Source: a virus (Duplodnaviria > Caudoviricetes). From it: a stretch of DNA of 62,209 nt. Below the pieces are notes generated by a model. The model was not told the DNA's origin, did not search any database, and saw only the letters and a list, made by a program, of their open reading frames with translations. The position numbers and the translations under genes are program-made. Positions 47,585-56,593 of this stretch are shown piece by piece. Within the stretch, counting starts at the first letter, position 1. The number at the start of each line of letters is the position of its first letter. The DNA is taken from IMG/VR virus record IMGVR_UViG_3300032245_001172, positions 1 through 62,209 of that record; one strand, 5' to 3'.

Positions 47585-47917
47585 ATGAACGCAACAACAA
47601 AAAAATACTTAACAATTGGAGCAGTAATTGTTTTAGGAGCATATTTAGTAAAGTATGCAATAAAATTTTACAAAAAACCAAGTGCAGAACAAGAAGCAAT
47701 GTTTGATAAAACATTAACTTTAGAGAAAGGTTCAACTGGTAGTGAAGTAGCAGAATTACAAAGAATACTAAAATACGATTTTGGTAAAAACATCGGAACT
47801 ACTGGAATTGATAAAGATGGTGTTGATGGAGATTTTGGTGCTTTAACTGAAACTGCATTGATGGAAGTAAAAGGAGTGAAAAAAATAACATTAAACGAAA
47901 TGTCAGATGCAAAATAA
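47585..47917 (+). CDS. TM-anchored peptidoglycan-binding protein
   Basis: LEKGSTGSEVAELQRIL...VDGDFG..TE.AL. Confidence 0.75.
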   Translation: MNATTKKYLTIGAVIVLGAYLVKYAIKFYKKPSAEQEAMFDKTLTLEKGSTGSEVAELQRILKYDFGKNIGTTGIDKDGVDGDFGALTETALMEVKGVKKITLNEMSDAK

Positions 47918-48158
47918 AAATTTATATTACGTTTTAGGTGGAGTAGCAGTTTTAGGTCTTGTTTATTTTATAACAAAAAAGAAAAAACAAGATATAGTTG
48001 TTAATTTAAATCCACCAATGGAAGTAGAAGAAGAAGTTACAACAACAACTACAACTACAACACCATTAAATAGTGCAGTTTCAATTTTGGATAAGATTAA
48101 AGAAATCATCCAAGAAGTGAAAAATAAAAATGTAGGAACACCAACAACAAATCCATAA
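47907..48158 (+). CDS. N-terminal TM protein with poly-Thr
   Basis: TM + KKKK; T8 tract. Confidence 0.7.
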   Translation: MQNKNLYYVLGGVAVLGLVYFITKKKKQDIVVNLNPPMEVEEEVTTTTTTTTPLNSAVSILDKIKEIIQEVKNKNVGTPTTNP

Positions 48159-48161
48159 ATC

Positions 48162-48437
48162 ATGAAAAACAAAACAACATACATAGTAAGTGGTTTAATA
48201 ATTTTAGTAGGTGGATATTTCATTTACAATAAATTCTATAAAAAAACACCAAGAACAAAACAAGAAAATATTAATTTAATTGTTTCTACAAAAAATAGTA
48301 GCAATAAAGATAATATTTTATCTACATGGGAAGATGATTTCATTAAGGAATGGGCAAATGGAATAGAAAAAAATTTAGAAGTGTTTATATATAAAAATAA
48401 TTCCTATTACACCGAAGGTGGTAGTAGAGTAAAATAA
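48162..48437 (+). CDS. N-terminal TM protein
   Basis: TM, then Y.TEGG C-terminus. Confidence 0.7.
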   Translation: MKNKTTYIVSGLIILVGGYFIYNKFYKKTPRTKQENINLIVSTKNSSNKDNILSTWEDDFIKEWANGIEKNLEVFIYKNNSYYTEGGSRVK

Positions 48438-48442
48438 CAATT

Positions 48443-48982
48443 ATGGCAAATTTTAATTTTCAAGATAAATTAGCAAAAACTGGAACTTTCATCGCAAACA
48501 ATAAAAAACCATTATTGTATGTTGGTGGAGCAGTTGTTTTAGTAATTTTAAGTTATTCAATTATTTCAAGAACTAAAAGAGGAATTACTGGTTTATTTAC
48601 GGATAAAAGTAAAGGAGTAACACCATTTGAAGATGTAGAAATTGATGATACAAAAGTTACAATTTCTGATTCTATTGCAAATACTTATGCAAATCAATTA
48701 TATGGTGCAATGGCTAATGCTGGAACAGATGAAGATGTGATTTATGCAATTATGCAAAAACTTCAAAAGAAAGATGATTTTAGAAAAGTTTATAATAAAT
48801 TTGGAAAAAGGTCTTATGTTGGAAAAATAACTGGTGGTTCGCCTACTGCATTAGATAAATGGTTAGGTAATTATGATGATTTCGATTTAATACAATGGTT
48901 TAACGAAGAAGTTGGTTACTCAAACTACCCAACTTATAGTTTAATTAGAAAAGTGGTTAATAACGCTGGATTTAGTATGTAA
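48443..48982 (+). CDS. TM protein with annexin-like repeat
   Basis: ANQLYGAMANAGTDEDVIYAI. Confidence 0.6.
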   Translation: MANFNFQDKLAKTGTFIANNKKPLLYVGGAVVLVILSYSIISRTKRGITGLFTDKSKGVTPFEDVEIDDTKVTISDSIANTYANQLYGAMANAGTDEDVIYAIMQKLQKKDDFRKVYNKFGKRSYVGKITGGSPTALDKWLGNYDDFDLIQWFNEEVGYSNYPTYSLIRKVVNNAGFSM

Positions 48983-48984
48983 TT

Positions 48985-49179
48985 ATGGCTGGTAAAATAT
49001 ACGATGATACTGAATCTAAAAGAATTGAAGATTTTTTATCGAATCAAACATCCGAATTAGAAAAAATAGATAAGGAAAAAGAATTTTCAGATAAGAAAGT
49101 TTTAAGATATACAATAATTCTTGCTGGAAGTGTACTTCTTTTAGTATTGTTGAAATTTTTAGTTAGTAAAAAAAAATAA
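48985..49179 (+). CDS. C-terminal TM protein
   Basis: TM + KKK. Confidence 0.7.
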   Translation: MAGKIYDDTESKRIEDFLSNQTSELEKIDKEKEFSDKKVLRYTIILAGSVLLLVLLKFLVSKKK

Positions 49180-49186
49180 AAAAGTT

Positions 49187-49681
49187 ATGAATAAGAAATT
49201 AATAATTATAGGTCTTTTAGGTTTAGCTGGTGTAGGATATTATTTTTATAATAAAAAGAAAAAAGAAACACCATCTTTAGCAGAATATATGGAGGAGGAA
49301 GATGTTTCATCTCCAAATACAATATCATCTACACCAAAACAAAGTACAAAACCAGATTATGATAAAATTATTAAATTAGGTTCAAAAGGTATTGAAGTAA
49401 AAATACTTCAAAAAGCATTAAAACAAGTAGATGTTGATGGAGATTTTGGTGAAGGTACTGAAAAAAGATTAAAAAAAGTAACTGGATTCAATCAGATTAC
49501 ACTTAATCAATACAATCAAATAATTGATAATTTACAAAATATTAAAGCAAAGCAATTAAAAGAAGCAAAGATTAAAGCTGAACAAAAAAAAGCACAAATA
49601 AAAAAAGCACAAGTAAAAAAAGTTGTTGCTGAAAAAAAACCAACCACTTCATTTACTGCTGGTCTAATTACAACTTTATAA
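49187..49681 (+). CDS. TM-anchored peptidoglycan-binding protein
   Basis: IKLGSKGIEVKILQKAL..VDGDFG.GTE. Confidence 0.75.
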   Translation: MNKKLIIIGLLGLAGVGYYFYNKKKKETPSLAEYMEEEDVSSPNTISSTPKQSTKPDYDKIIKLGSKGIEVKILQKALKQVDVDGDFGEGTEKRLKKVTGFNQITLNQYNQIIDNLQNIKAKQLKEAKIKAEQKKAQIKKAQVKKVVAEKKPTTSFTAGLITTL

Positions 49682-49693
49682 AATTTAAATAAA

Positions 49694-50038
49694 ATGGCTA
49701 CATCAGAACAAATTTCTTTATGTAAAGATTTAAATGTTAAAATATTAAACAAAGTTGATGTTTTATCATCTAATGCTGGTTATAGTCCAAGTTATATAAA
49801 TAATGCACAAGTAGATTTAAATACATTTAAACAAAGTTTTACAAAAAATAATTGTGATAAAGTTTTGATTTCATCTAAACTTGAAAATGTAGATAATTTA
49901 ATTTCAAAATATTCAGATATTGATAAAATAAGAATTGAAAGTGAAAGCATCAAACAAAGAAATTATAGGTTAATTTTAGGTGCATTTGTTTTAATTTCTG
50001 GATTATTGATAGTTGTAACAATAAATAAAAAAGTTTAA
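49694..50038 (+). CDS. Cys-helical protein with C-terminal TM
   Basis: 3' end nearly identical to 50392. Confidence 0.75.
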   Translation: MATSEQISLCKDLNVKILNKVDVLSSNAGYSPSYINNAQVDLNTFKQSFTKNNCDKVLISSKLENVDNLISKYSDIDKIRIESESIKQRNYRLILGAFVLISGLLIVVTINKKV

Positions 50039-50395
50039 ATGACTGCACAAGAAAAATACCCTTATAAAAATCAAAATTGTTTTGAAGTCGATAAAAGTAT
50101 TAAAAAAATTTCAGACGAAATTTCTGATTTAAACATAAAAGGAGATTTAAATTCAGAATATTTAAATAGTTTAAGAAATCAAAAAATAGCATTAGATTTA
50201 TTTTTTAATGGTAAAAATTGTAGAGCAGTTATTGAAAAAAAACGTTTAGAAGAAAACGCAGAAATATTGTACAATGAATCAATTAAGCAAGAAAATAGCG
50301 TTATTAAAAAAAATTACAAAGAACAATATTTATACATTGGTTTAGGTTCAGTAATATTATTAGTAGGTTTATATATAGTAAAAAGACAAAAATGA
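50039..50395 (+). CDS. Cys-helical protein with C-terminal TM, paralogue of 33741
   Basis: C..VD..IKKISDEI; KNYKEQYLYIG. Confidence 0.75.
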   Translation: MTAQEKYPYKNQNCFEVDKSIKKISDEISDLNIKGDLNSEYLNSLRNQKIALDLFFNGKNCRAVIEKKRLEENAEILYNESIKQENSVIKKNYKEQYLYIGLGSVILLVGLYIVKRQK

Positions 50396-50940
50396 TTAAA
50401 ACATATAATTTTGATGACATAGGAAAGTTTACTTGTAAAGATAAGTTAGATTATATAAATTTACTTCAAAATAAATTAAATGATTCTGAATCAATAATTT
50501 GTAAATCACCTTTTTTTTCTAAAGGTTGTTTAAAAGAAAACGAAAAGAAAATTTTAGTTGATAGATTATTAAGTTATAGAAAAGATTATCAACAACAAAA
50601 TTGTGGTTCAGATATAAAATTAGATAATTGCAATGATTTAAATGCTGGTATTACTGCTTTAGAAAATTCTTTAATTACAACGAGTTATTCAATAACACCA
50701 GATAATGTAAAAAATTTATTAAGTCAATATAAATTAAAATATTTAAGTAATAATTGTGATAAAGTAATAAATGATTCAGCATTAAAAGAAGTAGATAAAA
50801 ACATAGATAAATTTCAAAAATTAGATAAAATAAGAATTGAAAGTGAAAGCATTAAACAAAGAAATTATAGGTTAATTTTAGGTGCATTTGTTTTAATTTC
50901 TGGATTATTGATAGTTGTAACAATAAATAAAAAAGTTTAA
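50392..50940 (+). CDS. Cys-helical protein with C-terminal TM, paralogue of 49694
   Basis: NNCDKV and identical TM tail. Confidence 0.75.
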   Translation: MIKTYNFDDIGKFTCKDKLDYINLLQNKLNDSESIICKSPFFSKGCLKENEKKILVDRLLSYRKDYQQQNCGSDIKLDNCNDLNAGITALENSLITTSYSITPDNVKNLLSQYKLKYLSNNCDKVINDSALKEVDKNIDKFQKLDKIRIESESIKQRNYRLILGAFVLISGLLIVVTINKKV

Positions 50941-51501
50941 ATGAAAAAAGTATTATTATTAGGAGGATTAGGATTAGCTGGTTTTGGTTTTTACCGATAT
51001 TTCAAATATCAAGTGAATCAAGCAGTTAATTATGGTTACGCTATAAAAAACTTTAAGGTTTTAGAAAGTAATACTGAATCAGTAAAAGTTGAATTAGAAA
51101 TTGAAATTCAAAATAATTCTTCTTTTGAAGTATTGATAAAAAGTTATGATTTAAAAATTAAATTCAAAGGCAAACAATTTGCAACTTCTATTAGTACACA
51201 AGAGTTTAAAGTGTTACCAAATAGTTCTTTTTCGTTAAAAACAATCGGTACAATTAACTTACAACAAAGTAAAGTAGCAGTACTTCCTTTTATAATGGAT
51301 GTAGTGAAAAGAAAACCGATAAATGTTGAAATTTCTGGATTTATAAAAGTTAAATTTTTGGGTATTAATAGCACATTAAACTTTGATAATCAAGAATTTA
51401 CTTATTCAGCAGATTTATTAAAAGAATACAATTTAGCTAAACCTTTGGAATCATTTTGGAAAAAATATCCAAAACTTAAACAATTAATTGGAATAAATTA
51501 G
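50941..51501 (+). CDS. LEA_2/WHy-like domain protein with N-terminal TM
   Basis: TM, then beta pattern IEIQNNSSFEV.IKSYDL.I. Confidence 0.6.
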   Translation: MKKVLLLGGLGLAGFGFYRYFKYQVNQAVNYGYAIKNFKVLESNTESVKVELEIEIQNNSSFEVLIKSYDLKIKFKGKQFATSISTQEFKVLPNSSFSLKTIGTINLQQSKVAVLPFIMDVVKRKPINVEISGFIKVKFLGINSTLNFDNQEFTYSADLLKEYNLAKPLESFWKKYPKLKQLIGIN

Positions 51502-51535
51502 TATTTTTGAACAAAGAAACTTAAATAATATAACT

Positions 51536-51934
51536 ATGATTGAGAATATTGTTAAAAAAATAATGGTTACTGGAATCAATAAATACGCAAAAAAGTATGA
51601 AGTTAGTAACCAAGAAATACAAATTTTAGTAAAGGATTTACCAGATGGTATTGTAACTTTTGAAATTTGTAAAGAATTTAAAGTGCAAGAAGAAGTTACT
51701 TTTTTGCAAATAATGGACAAAAAAATGGATATATTTCAATATGAAGCATTAGCCAGTCCATATTTAAAAAAGTCTTTGGAAATATATGCAGAAAATACAA
51801 ACGATTTATTATCAAACGTAAATTGTTTTATTATGATGCCAGTAGAAAACCAAATTGGTTTAGCATTTTATAATGGATATAAAAATGGTAAAAATGTTTC
51901 TCTTGCAAAATTTTTGCAAGAATTAGGTTTGTAA
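51536..51934 (+). CDS. hypothetical protein
   Basis: ORF in operon. Confidence 0.65.
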   Translation: MIENIVKKIMVTGINKYAKKYEVSNQEIQILVKDLPDGIVTFEICKEFKVQEEVTFLQIMDKKMDIFQYEALASPYLKKSLEIYAENTNDLLSNVNCFIMMPVENQIGLAFYNGYKNGKNVSLAKFLQELGL

Positions 51935-51937
51935 AAT

Positions 51938-52252
51938 ATGACTGAAATAAGAAGGAAAAGAATTAGTAAATCAGAAGATGTAAAAGTAAGTTCTAACGAT
52001 ATAGAATTTATAAAAGATATGTTATCTCAATTATCTGGAAAAGTTCAACAAATGGACACTACATTAATTAAACTAAATCAAACAATAGTTGGAGATAGTG
52101 CTTATGGTCAAAAAGGTCTGATTGAACAAGTTAGAGAACATTCTGATTATATAGAAACTGATAAAAATTATAAAGCAAAAGTTGTTGGAGCTGGTTCAGT
52201 TTTAGTAATTCTTTACGGATTACTTATCAAATTTTGGGAAAGAATATTTTAA
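51938..52252 (+). CDS. coiled-coil protein with C-terminal TM
   Basis: G....QKGLIEQV, then TM. Confidence 0.65.
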   Translation: MTEIRRKRISKSEDVKVSSNDIEFIKDMLSQLSGKVQQMDTTLIKLNQTIVGDSAYGQKGLIEQVREHSDYIETDKNYKAKVVGAGSVLVILYGLLIKFWERIF

Positions 52253-52263
52253 AATAAAATAAA

Positions 52264-52812
52264 ATGGGAAACGTTACTTTATCAAGTCAAAATGATATAT
52301 CAAGTCCAAATGGAAATAGTTTAGCACTTTTCGTTGATGGAACTACTGGAATAATGCATGTAAAAGATATAATGGGAAATATTCAACCATTATCTGATTT
52401 TATACAATCTCCATTAGCACAATCATTTAACCCATTATTTACTGATGCTTCTGGAACAACAAGTGGAGCAGTAGCTACTGCTTCATATACAATGATTTCG
52501 CCTAAAATATGTTTTTTTAGGGTATATGTAGATTTTGCAAATTGTACTAATTTTGGAACTGGTCAATATCAAATTACATTACCATTTCCATCTGTTGAAA
52601 CAATGCGACAAGCTGGTGGAACTTTACATCAAGTTACTGGAAATTCTTTGTATCATATTGCTGGGATTACAGATGTAGCAAATAGCACAACAATACATAA
52701 ATTATATTACTCTGGTGGCACAACTGATTTAAACTGGAAATTTAACACACCAGTAGGTGGAACAACAATAACAAGTCATTTCGATATAACTGGTGTTTAC
52801 CAAATAGTTTAA
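52264..52812 (+). CDS. beta-rich putative spike/vertex protein
   Basis: GTGQYQITLPF, G/T/S-rich, C-terminal ITGVYQI. Confidence 0.5.
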   Translation: MGNVTLSSQNDISSPNGNSLALFVDGTTGIMHVKDIMGNIQPLSDFIQSPLAQSFNPLFTDASGTTSGAVATASYTMISPKICFFRVYVDFANCTNFGTGQYQITLPFPSVETMRQAGGTLHQVTGNSLYHIAGITDVANSTTIHKLYYSGGTTDLNWKFNTPVGGTTITSHFDITGVYQIV

Positions 52813-52865
52813 AATAAAAATAACTAATTTATTAAATTTAAACCAATAAACTTAAACTAAATACT

Positions 52866-53336
52866 ATGATTTACAACTTTATCGGGCAATCCCATGCTGG
52901 TAAAACTACACTTGCTAAACACTTAAAAAAGGTTTTAGAAACTAATTATACTGCAAACAATTTAGATAAAAAATGTATCTTGGTTGATGGAGATAATTTA
53001 AAAGAAATTCTAAACAATAAAGACTTCACAGAAGATGGCAGAAGGCATAGTGTTAATCAATGCTATAATATTGCTAAATTTTTAGATACAGATACACCTT
53101 TTGATATAATTGTGTCAATTGTTTCTCCATTTTTAGATTTAAGAGAACGATTTAAAAAAGAATCAGATGTAATTGAAATTTATGTTCATACAACTGATAT
53201 TAGAGGTCGTGAAAAATATCATGTACCTTATTTTGAAGCACCTATGCGTGATTTTATTGATGTAGATACAACAAATGTTGATGTATTTACTACAATGAAT
53301 GAATTATTGAATAATATCGAAAATCATGGCAAATAA
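52866..53336 (+). CDS. adenylylsulfate kinase-like P-loop kinase
   Basis: GQSHAGKTTLA, VDGDNL, DFTEDGR, VSPF...R, FEAP. Confidence 0.8.
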   Translation: MIYNFIGQSHAGKTTLAKHLKKVLETNYTANNLDKKCILVDGDNLKEILNNKDFTEDGRRHSVNQCYNIAKFLDTDTPFDIIVSIVSPFLDLRERFKKESDVIEIYVHTTDIRGREKYHVPYFEAPMRDFIDVDTTNVDVFTTMNELLNNIENHGK

Positions 53337-53634
53337 GGAACTAAAAAATACTTCAAGTGTTATACAAAAATTTATATTAGAAGGAGAAAAATTATTTTTC
53401 AAAGAGAAACAACCTATATTTGTTAAGATACGTTTTAATCATAACGATGTAGATGGAACAAGGAAATGGAGAGTAATTTTTAATGAAAAAGAATTTCACG
53501 TTAGCGAAATTTTAATTGAAATTTCATGCAAAACAGAAAGCGAATTTCATGAAGATTTAGGAGGTTACAAGCACCACATAGTTTGCAATGCAAATAAAAT
53601 ATTATTTAATCAAAATATCTGCACTATAAAATAA
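53326..53634 (+). CDS. hypothetical protein
   Basis: IRFN...WRV...K.HI.C. Confidence 0.65.
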   Translation: MANKELKNTSSVIQKFILEGEKLFFKEKQPIFVKIRFNHNDVDGTRKWRVIFNEKEFHVSEILIEISCKTESEFHEDLGGYKHHIVCNANKILFNQNICTIK

Positions 53635-53715
53635 TATTTTCATCAAATTTTAATATTTTATGCTCTAAAATCATATTATTAATGATATTTTTTGTAATAT
53701 TGCTATATTTTTTAT

Positions 53716-54201
53716 ATGAAAATGGAAGTTAAAACATTAGATAACAAAGAAATAGTATCATTTGAAGCAGATGGTTCAAATTTTATGGAGCAAGTTGAGA
53801 ATCTTGAAAGAATTTTAATTAATAGTGGCTCTCCAGATATTTTTGTAGGTAATTCAGAAGAATTGCCTTTAAAACATTTGTTTACAGATGGAATTTATAC
53901 AAGAGAAATATTTTTAAAAAAAGAAATGTTTGCTATTGGTAAAATTCATAAACATGAACATACTTATTTTTTGCTTAAAGGTAAATTGAGAATATTCACA
54001 GAAAATGGTGTAAAAGAAATAGAAGCACCTTATTATGGTAATTCTCCTTCTGGAACTAAAAGAGTTGTTTATGCTTTAGAAGATAGCGTTTTTGTAAATG
54101 TTCATCCTAATCCAGATAATACATCGAATATAGAAGAATTAGAAGAAAAATTTGTAGTTTCTTCTTTTGAAGAATACAATAAATATAAACTATTAAAATA
54201 A
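53716..54201 (+). CDS. cupin-fold phage protein
   Basis: HLFTDGIYTREI...GKIHKHEH..FLLKG...GTKRVVYA.EDS. Confidence 0.7.
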   Translation: MKMEVKTLDNKEIVSFEADGSNFMEQVENLERILINSGSPDIFVGNSEELPLKHLFTDGIYTREIFLKKEMFAIGKIHKHEHTYFLLKGKLRIFTENGVKEIEAPYYGNSPSGTKRVVYALEDSVFVNVHPNPDNTSNIEELEEKFVVSSFEEYNKYKLLK

Positions 54202-54206
54202 TCGTT

Positions 54207-54542
54207 ATGAGTTATATAGCAGTAGCTGGTTTAGGAGTATCAGTAATAACAAGTTTTGCTGGTGCAAAAGCATCTAAAAAACAAGCAGAACAAACCAGAC
54301 AACAAGAAAGACAATTAAGATTATCTGAAATGGCATTAAATGAAAAAATGGCATCAGAAAAATTAAGAGTGGAGCAAGAAATTGCCAGAACAAATATTTT
54401 AGCTGGTTCATTATTGGCATATAGACAAACTTTACAAACTGAAAGTACTCAAAGATTAAAAGATACTTGGTTGTATCAAACTGGTACTGGAATTAGTTTA
54501 GGTGTATTTTACGGATTGTATTTAATGACTTCAAAAGAATAA
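54207..54542 (+). CDS. helical protein with hydrophobic termini
   Basis: ORF in structural operon. Confidence 0.65.
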   Translation: MSYIAVAGLGVSVITSFAGAKASKKQAEQTRQQERQLRLSEMALNEKMASEKLRVEQEIARTNILAGSLLAYRQTLQTESTQRLKDTWLYQTGTGISLGVFYGLYLMTSKE

Positions 54543-54544
54543 TT

Positions 54545-54892
54545 ATGGCTGGAGAATTAACATCTGCTGGTAGTGGAGTAGCAAGTGCAATAGCAACTAC
54601 TTTAATTACTTCTGCGTTTGCTAAAGCAGATGCAAAGAAACAAAGGGAATTGATTGATGAATTAGGTAGGTTAGATTTAGCACAACAAAAAGAATTAGAA
54701 ATCCGTTTGCAAGATGTAAAAGGAGAATTAGGTAAGCAAGAAATTATTTATAAGTATTTAGCAGTACAAAAAAATGATGAAGCATTAGCAAAAATAAAAT
54801 CAAAAAGATATACTTCTTACATAGTTTTAGGTGGAGCAGTTGTTGGATTGACAATAGTAATAATATTATTAGCAAAAAAGAAAAATGGATAG
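54545..54892 (+). CDS. C-terminal TM protein
   Basis: TM + KKK. Confidence 0.7.
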   Translation: MAGELTSAGSGVASAIATTLITSAFAKADAKKQRELIDELGRLDLAQQKELEIRLQDVKGELGKQEIIYKYLAVQKNDEALAKIKSKRYTSYIVLGGAVVGLTIVIILLAKKKNG

Positions 54893-55235
54893 AGATACAA
54901 AATTTTTATTAGGTTCAATAGGTGTTGCACTTGTGATTTTACTTGTTTTAAGAAACAAAAACACAAAAAGCAAAAAAGATTTATTAAATGTTAAATATGC
55001 AGAACCAAAACAAGTTGCTGATAGCGAAATAAAAGACAAAGAAAATGCAGTAATTGGTTTAAAAGCAATGCGTGAAGCAATGGATAGCAATGAATCAAAA
55101 GCTGAATTAGACAAATTAAGTGGTATAATTTACAAAGATTATGGTGTGAAAATTATGCCTAACAAAAAGTCTGGATTACTTCGTGCAATGTCAAAAAAAG
55201 GAAAAGTTTTAGCAGAAGAAACTAAAGAAGAATAA
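54885..55235 (+). CDS. N-terminal TM protein
   Basis: TM + basic stretch. Confidence 0.7.
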   Translation: MDRDTKFLLGSIGVALVILLVLRNKNTKSKKDLLNVKYAEPKQVADSEIKDKENAVIGLKAMREAMDSNESKAELDKLSGIIYKDYGVKIMPNKKSGLLRAMSKKGKVLAEETKEE

Positions 55236-55237
55236 AT

Positions 55238-55699
55238 ATGGGAGCAGTTTCAGCAACAATAACAAATTATCCAAATAGTGTGGTTTCTGTAATTTCAACA
55301 GATAGCACATCATATCCTACATTACTAAATAGTATGGGAAGTTTTGTTTATGGTATTAGAGAATTATATCTAAAAGCAAATGACAACTCTCAAATTTTAC
55401 AATCATATAAATTCAATCGATATGATGTAAATGGTACATTACAATCTTTTTATGAAGTACCACTTATAGACCCTTATCAGTATCAATCTTCACTATTTGC
55501 TAAAATGCAAAAAAATGATGTATATTTAGATGGTAGAACCAATCTTAACTTTAGTATTTTACCAAACGAAACTTTGTATATGATTATATATACAAATCAA
55601 ATAGCAAATAGGGATTTTGTTCCAGTAACTGATTTTTTTAATGACGAATTTTTCAATAGACAATATAATGTTTTAAATGGCTACCAAGAACTACTATAA
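55238..55699 (+). CDS. paralogue of capsid candidate 41930 (possible minor capsid protein)
   Basis: Y..LL...Y....Y......Q+L......D.NG.......P.IDPYQ.Q.S......DG.T shared. Confidence 0.65.
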   Translation: MGAVSATITNYPNSVVSVISTDSTSYPTLLNSMGSFVYGIRELYLKANDNSQILQSYKFNRYDVNGTLQSFYEVPLIDPYQYQSSLFAKMQKNDVYLDGRTNLNFSILPNETLYMIIYTNQIANRDFVPVTDFFNDEFFNRQYNVLNGYQELL

Positions 55700-56150
55700 C
55701 AATTCAGCAATACTAAAAATAAAATTAGAAAATAAACAACATACAATAACTAAATTAAAAACTGGAGATTTAATAAAAACAAAAGCAGAAGATTACCCTT
55801 TGATTTTTCATTATGGAATTATAGACAAACAAGGAGATTCTTTATTTATATTACACAATCATCCAGATAAAAAAAATTCTAAAGGTGGCTCAATTGTAAA
55901 AGAACCTTTTGATAAATGGATTAAAGGAAAAGATATTGTTTCAGTAGAACCAACTAATTTGAAAACTGACGATATTGATGAATTATATGAAAAATTAAAA
56001 GTTTACAAATACGATTTTTTAAATTTTAATTGTGAACATTTTGTAAATTTTGCTAAAAATAACGATTATGTTAGTCCACAAGTTTTACGCTGGACAACAT
56101 TAGTCGCAATTGGAATTACAACGTTTTACTTATTAAGAAAAAAAATATGA
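55677..56150 (+). CDS. LRAT/HRASLS-like (H-NC, permuted NlpC/P60) protein with C-terminal TM
   Basis: GDLI, HYGI, H, Y...NFNCEHFVN. Confidence 0.75.
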   Translation: MATKNYYNNSAILKIKLENKQHTITKLKTGDLIKTKAEDYPLIFHYGIIDKQGDSLFILHNHPDKKNSKGGSIVKEPFDKWIKGKDIVSVEPTNLKTDDIDELYEKLKVYKYDFLNFNCEHFVNFAKNNDYVSPQVLRWTTLVAIGITTFYLLRKKI

Positions 56151-56488
56151 AAGCATTAGAAAGTCAAATAAATTTAAAGATAGTAAACAATACTTCACTT
56201 GAACAACAAGTTGATATTTTAGGAATTATAAATTCTCCAAATGCTTCAAATAATTTGAATAATACATTTGAATGGGATTTTACTGGTCAAACATTAGGTA
56301 CTACTGCACAAATTAGCTATACAATACCTCCAAGTACAAGTGATATTCTTGCAACATTTTATCCAACACCAACAATACAAGGTTATGTAGATGCTTTAAA
56401 TACTTTAGGTTTGGGTATTTTTTATTTATCTGGAAATATTATTTATGTAAATTCAAACACTTATTCTTTTAATAGAATATTTTGGTAA
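56147..56488 (+). CDS. beta-rich protein with weak similarity to the N-part of the capsid candidate
   Basis: INLKIVNNTS...VDILG vs YIVNITSTSG...FEVLG. Confidence 0.55.
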   Translation: MKALESQINLKIVNNTSLEQQVDILGIINSPNASNNLNNTFEWDFTGQTLGTTAQISYTIPPSTSDILATFYPTPTIQGYVDALNTLGLGIFYLSGNIIYVNSNTYSFNRIFW

Positions 56489-56494
56489 AAAAGA

Positions 56495-56528
56495 AAAAGC
56501 AAATTGTTTTGAGAAACAATTTGCTTTT
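56495..56528. terminator. bidirectional terminator at the strand switch
   Basis: 15-bp stem AAAAGCAAATTGTTT / AAACAATTTGCTTTT. Confidence 0.85.
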
Positions 56529-56593
56529 ATAGTAACCTTCTTAAAAAAAAACCCTTATTCTTTATTGAAGTAGTACAAATATATTAAATAATT

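Larger units (their letters stand above)
49922..50944 (+). repeat. 121-bp direct repeat (49922..50042 and 50824..50944)
   Basis: One mismatch seen; covers DKIRIESESIKQRNYRLILGAFVLISGLLIVVTINKKV, the stop and the next ATG. Confidence 0.9.

Noticed and set aside
49922-50944. 121-bp repeat as a DGR template/variable pair
   Set aside because: Both copies are coding, the single mismatch is C/T rather than adenine-specific, and there is no reverse transcriptase in the window
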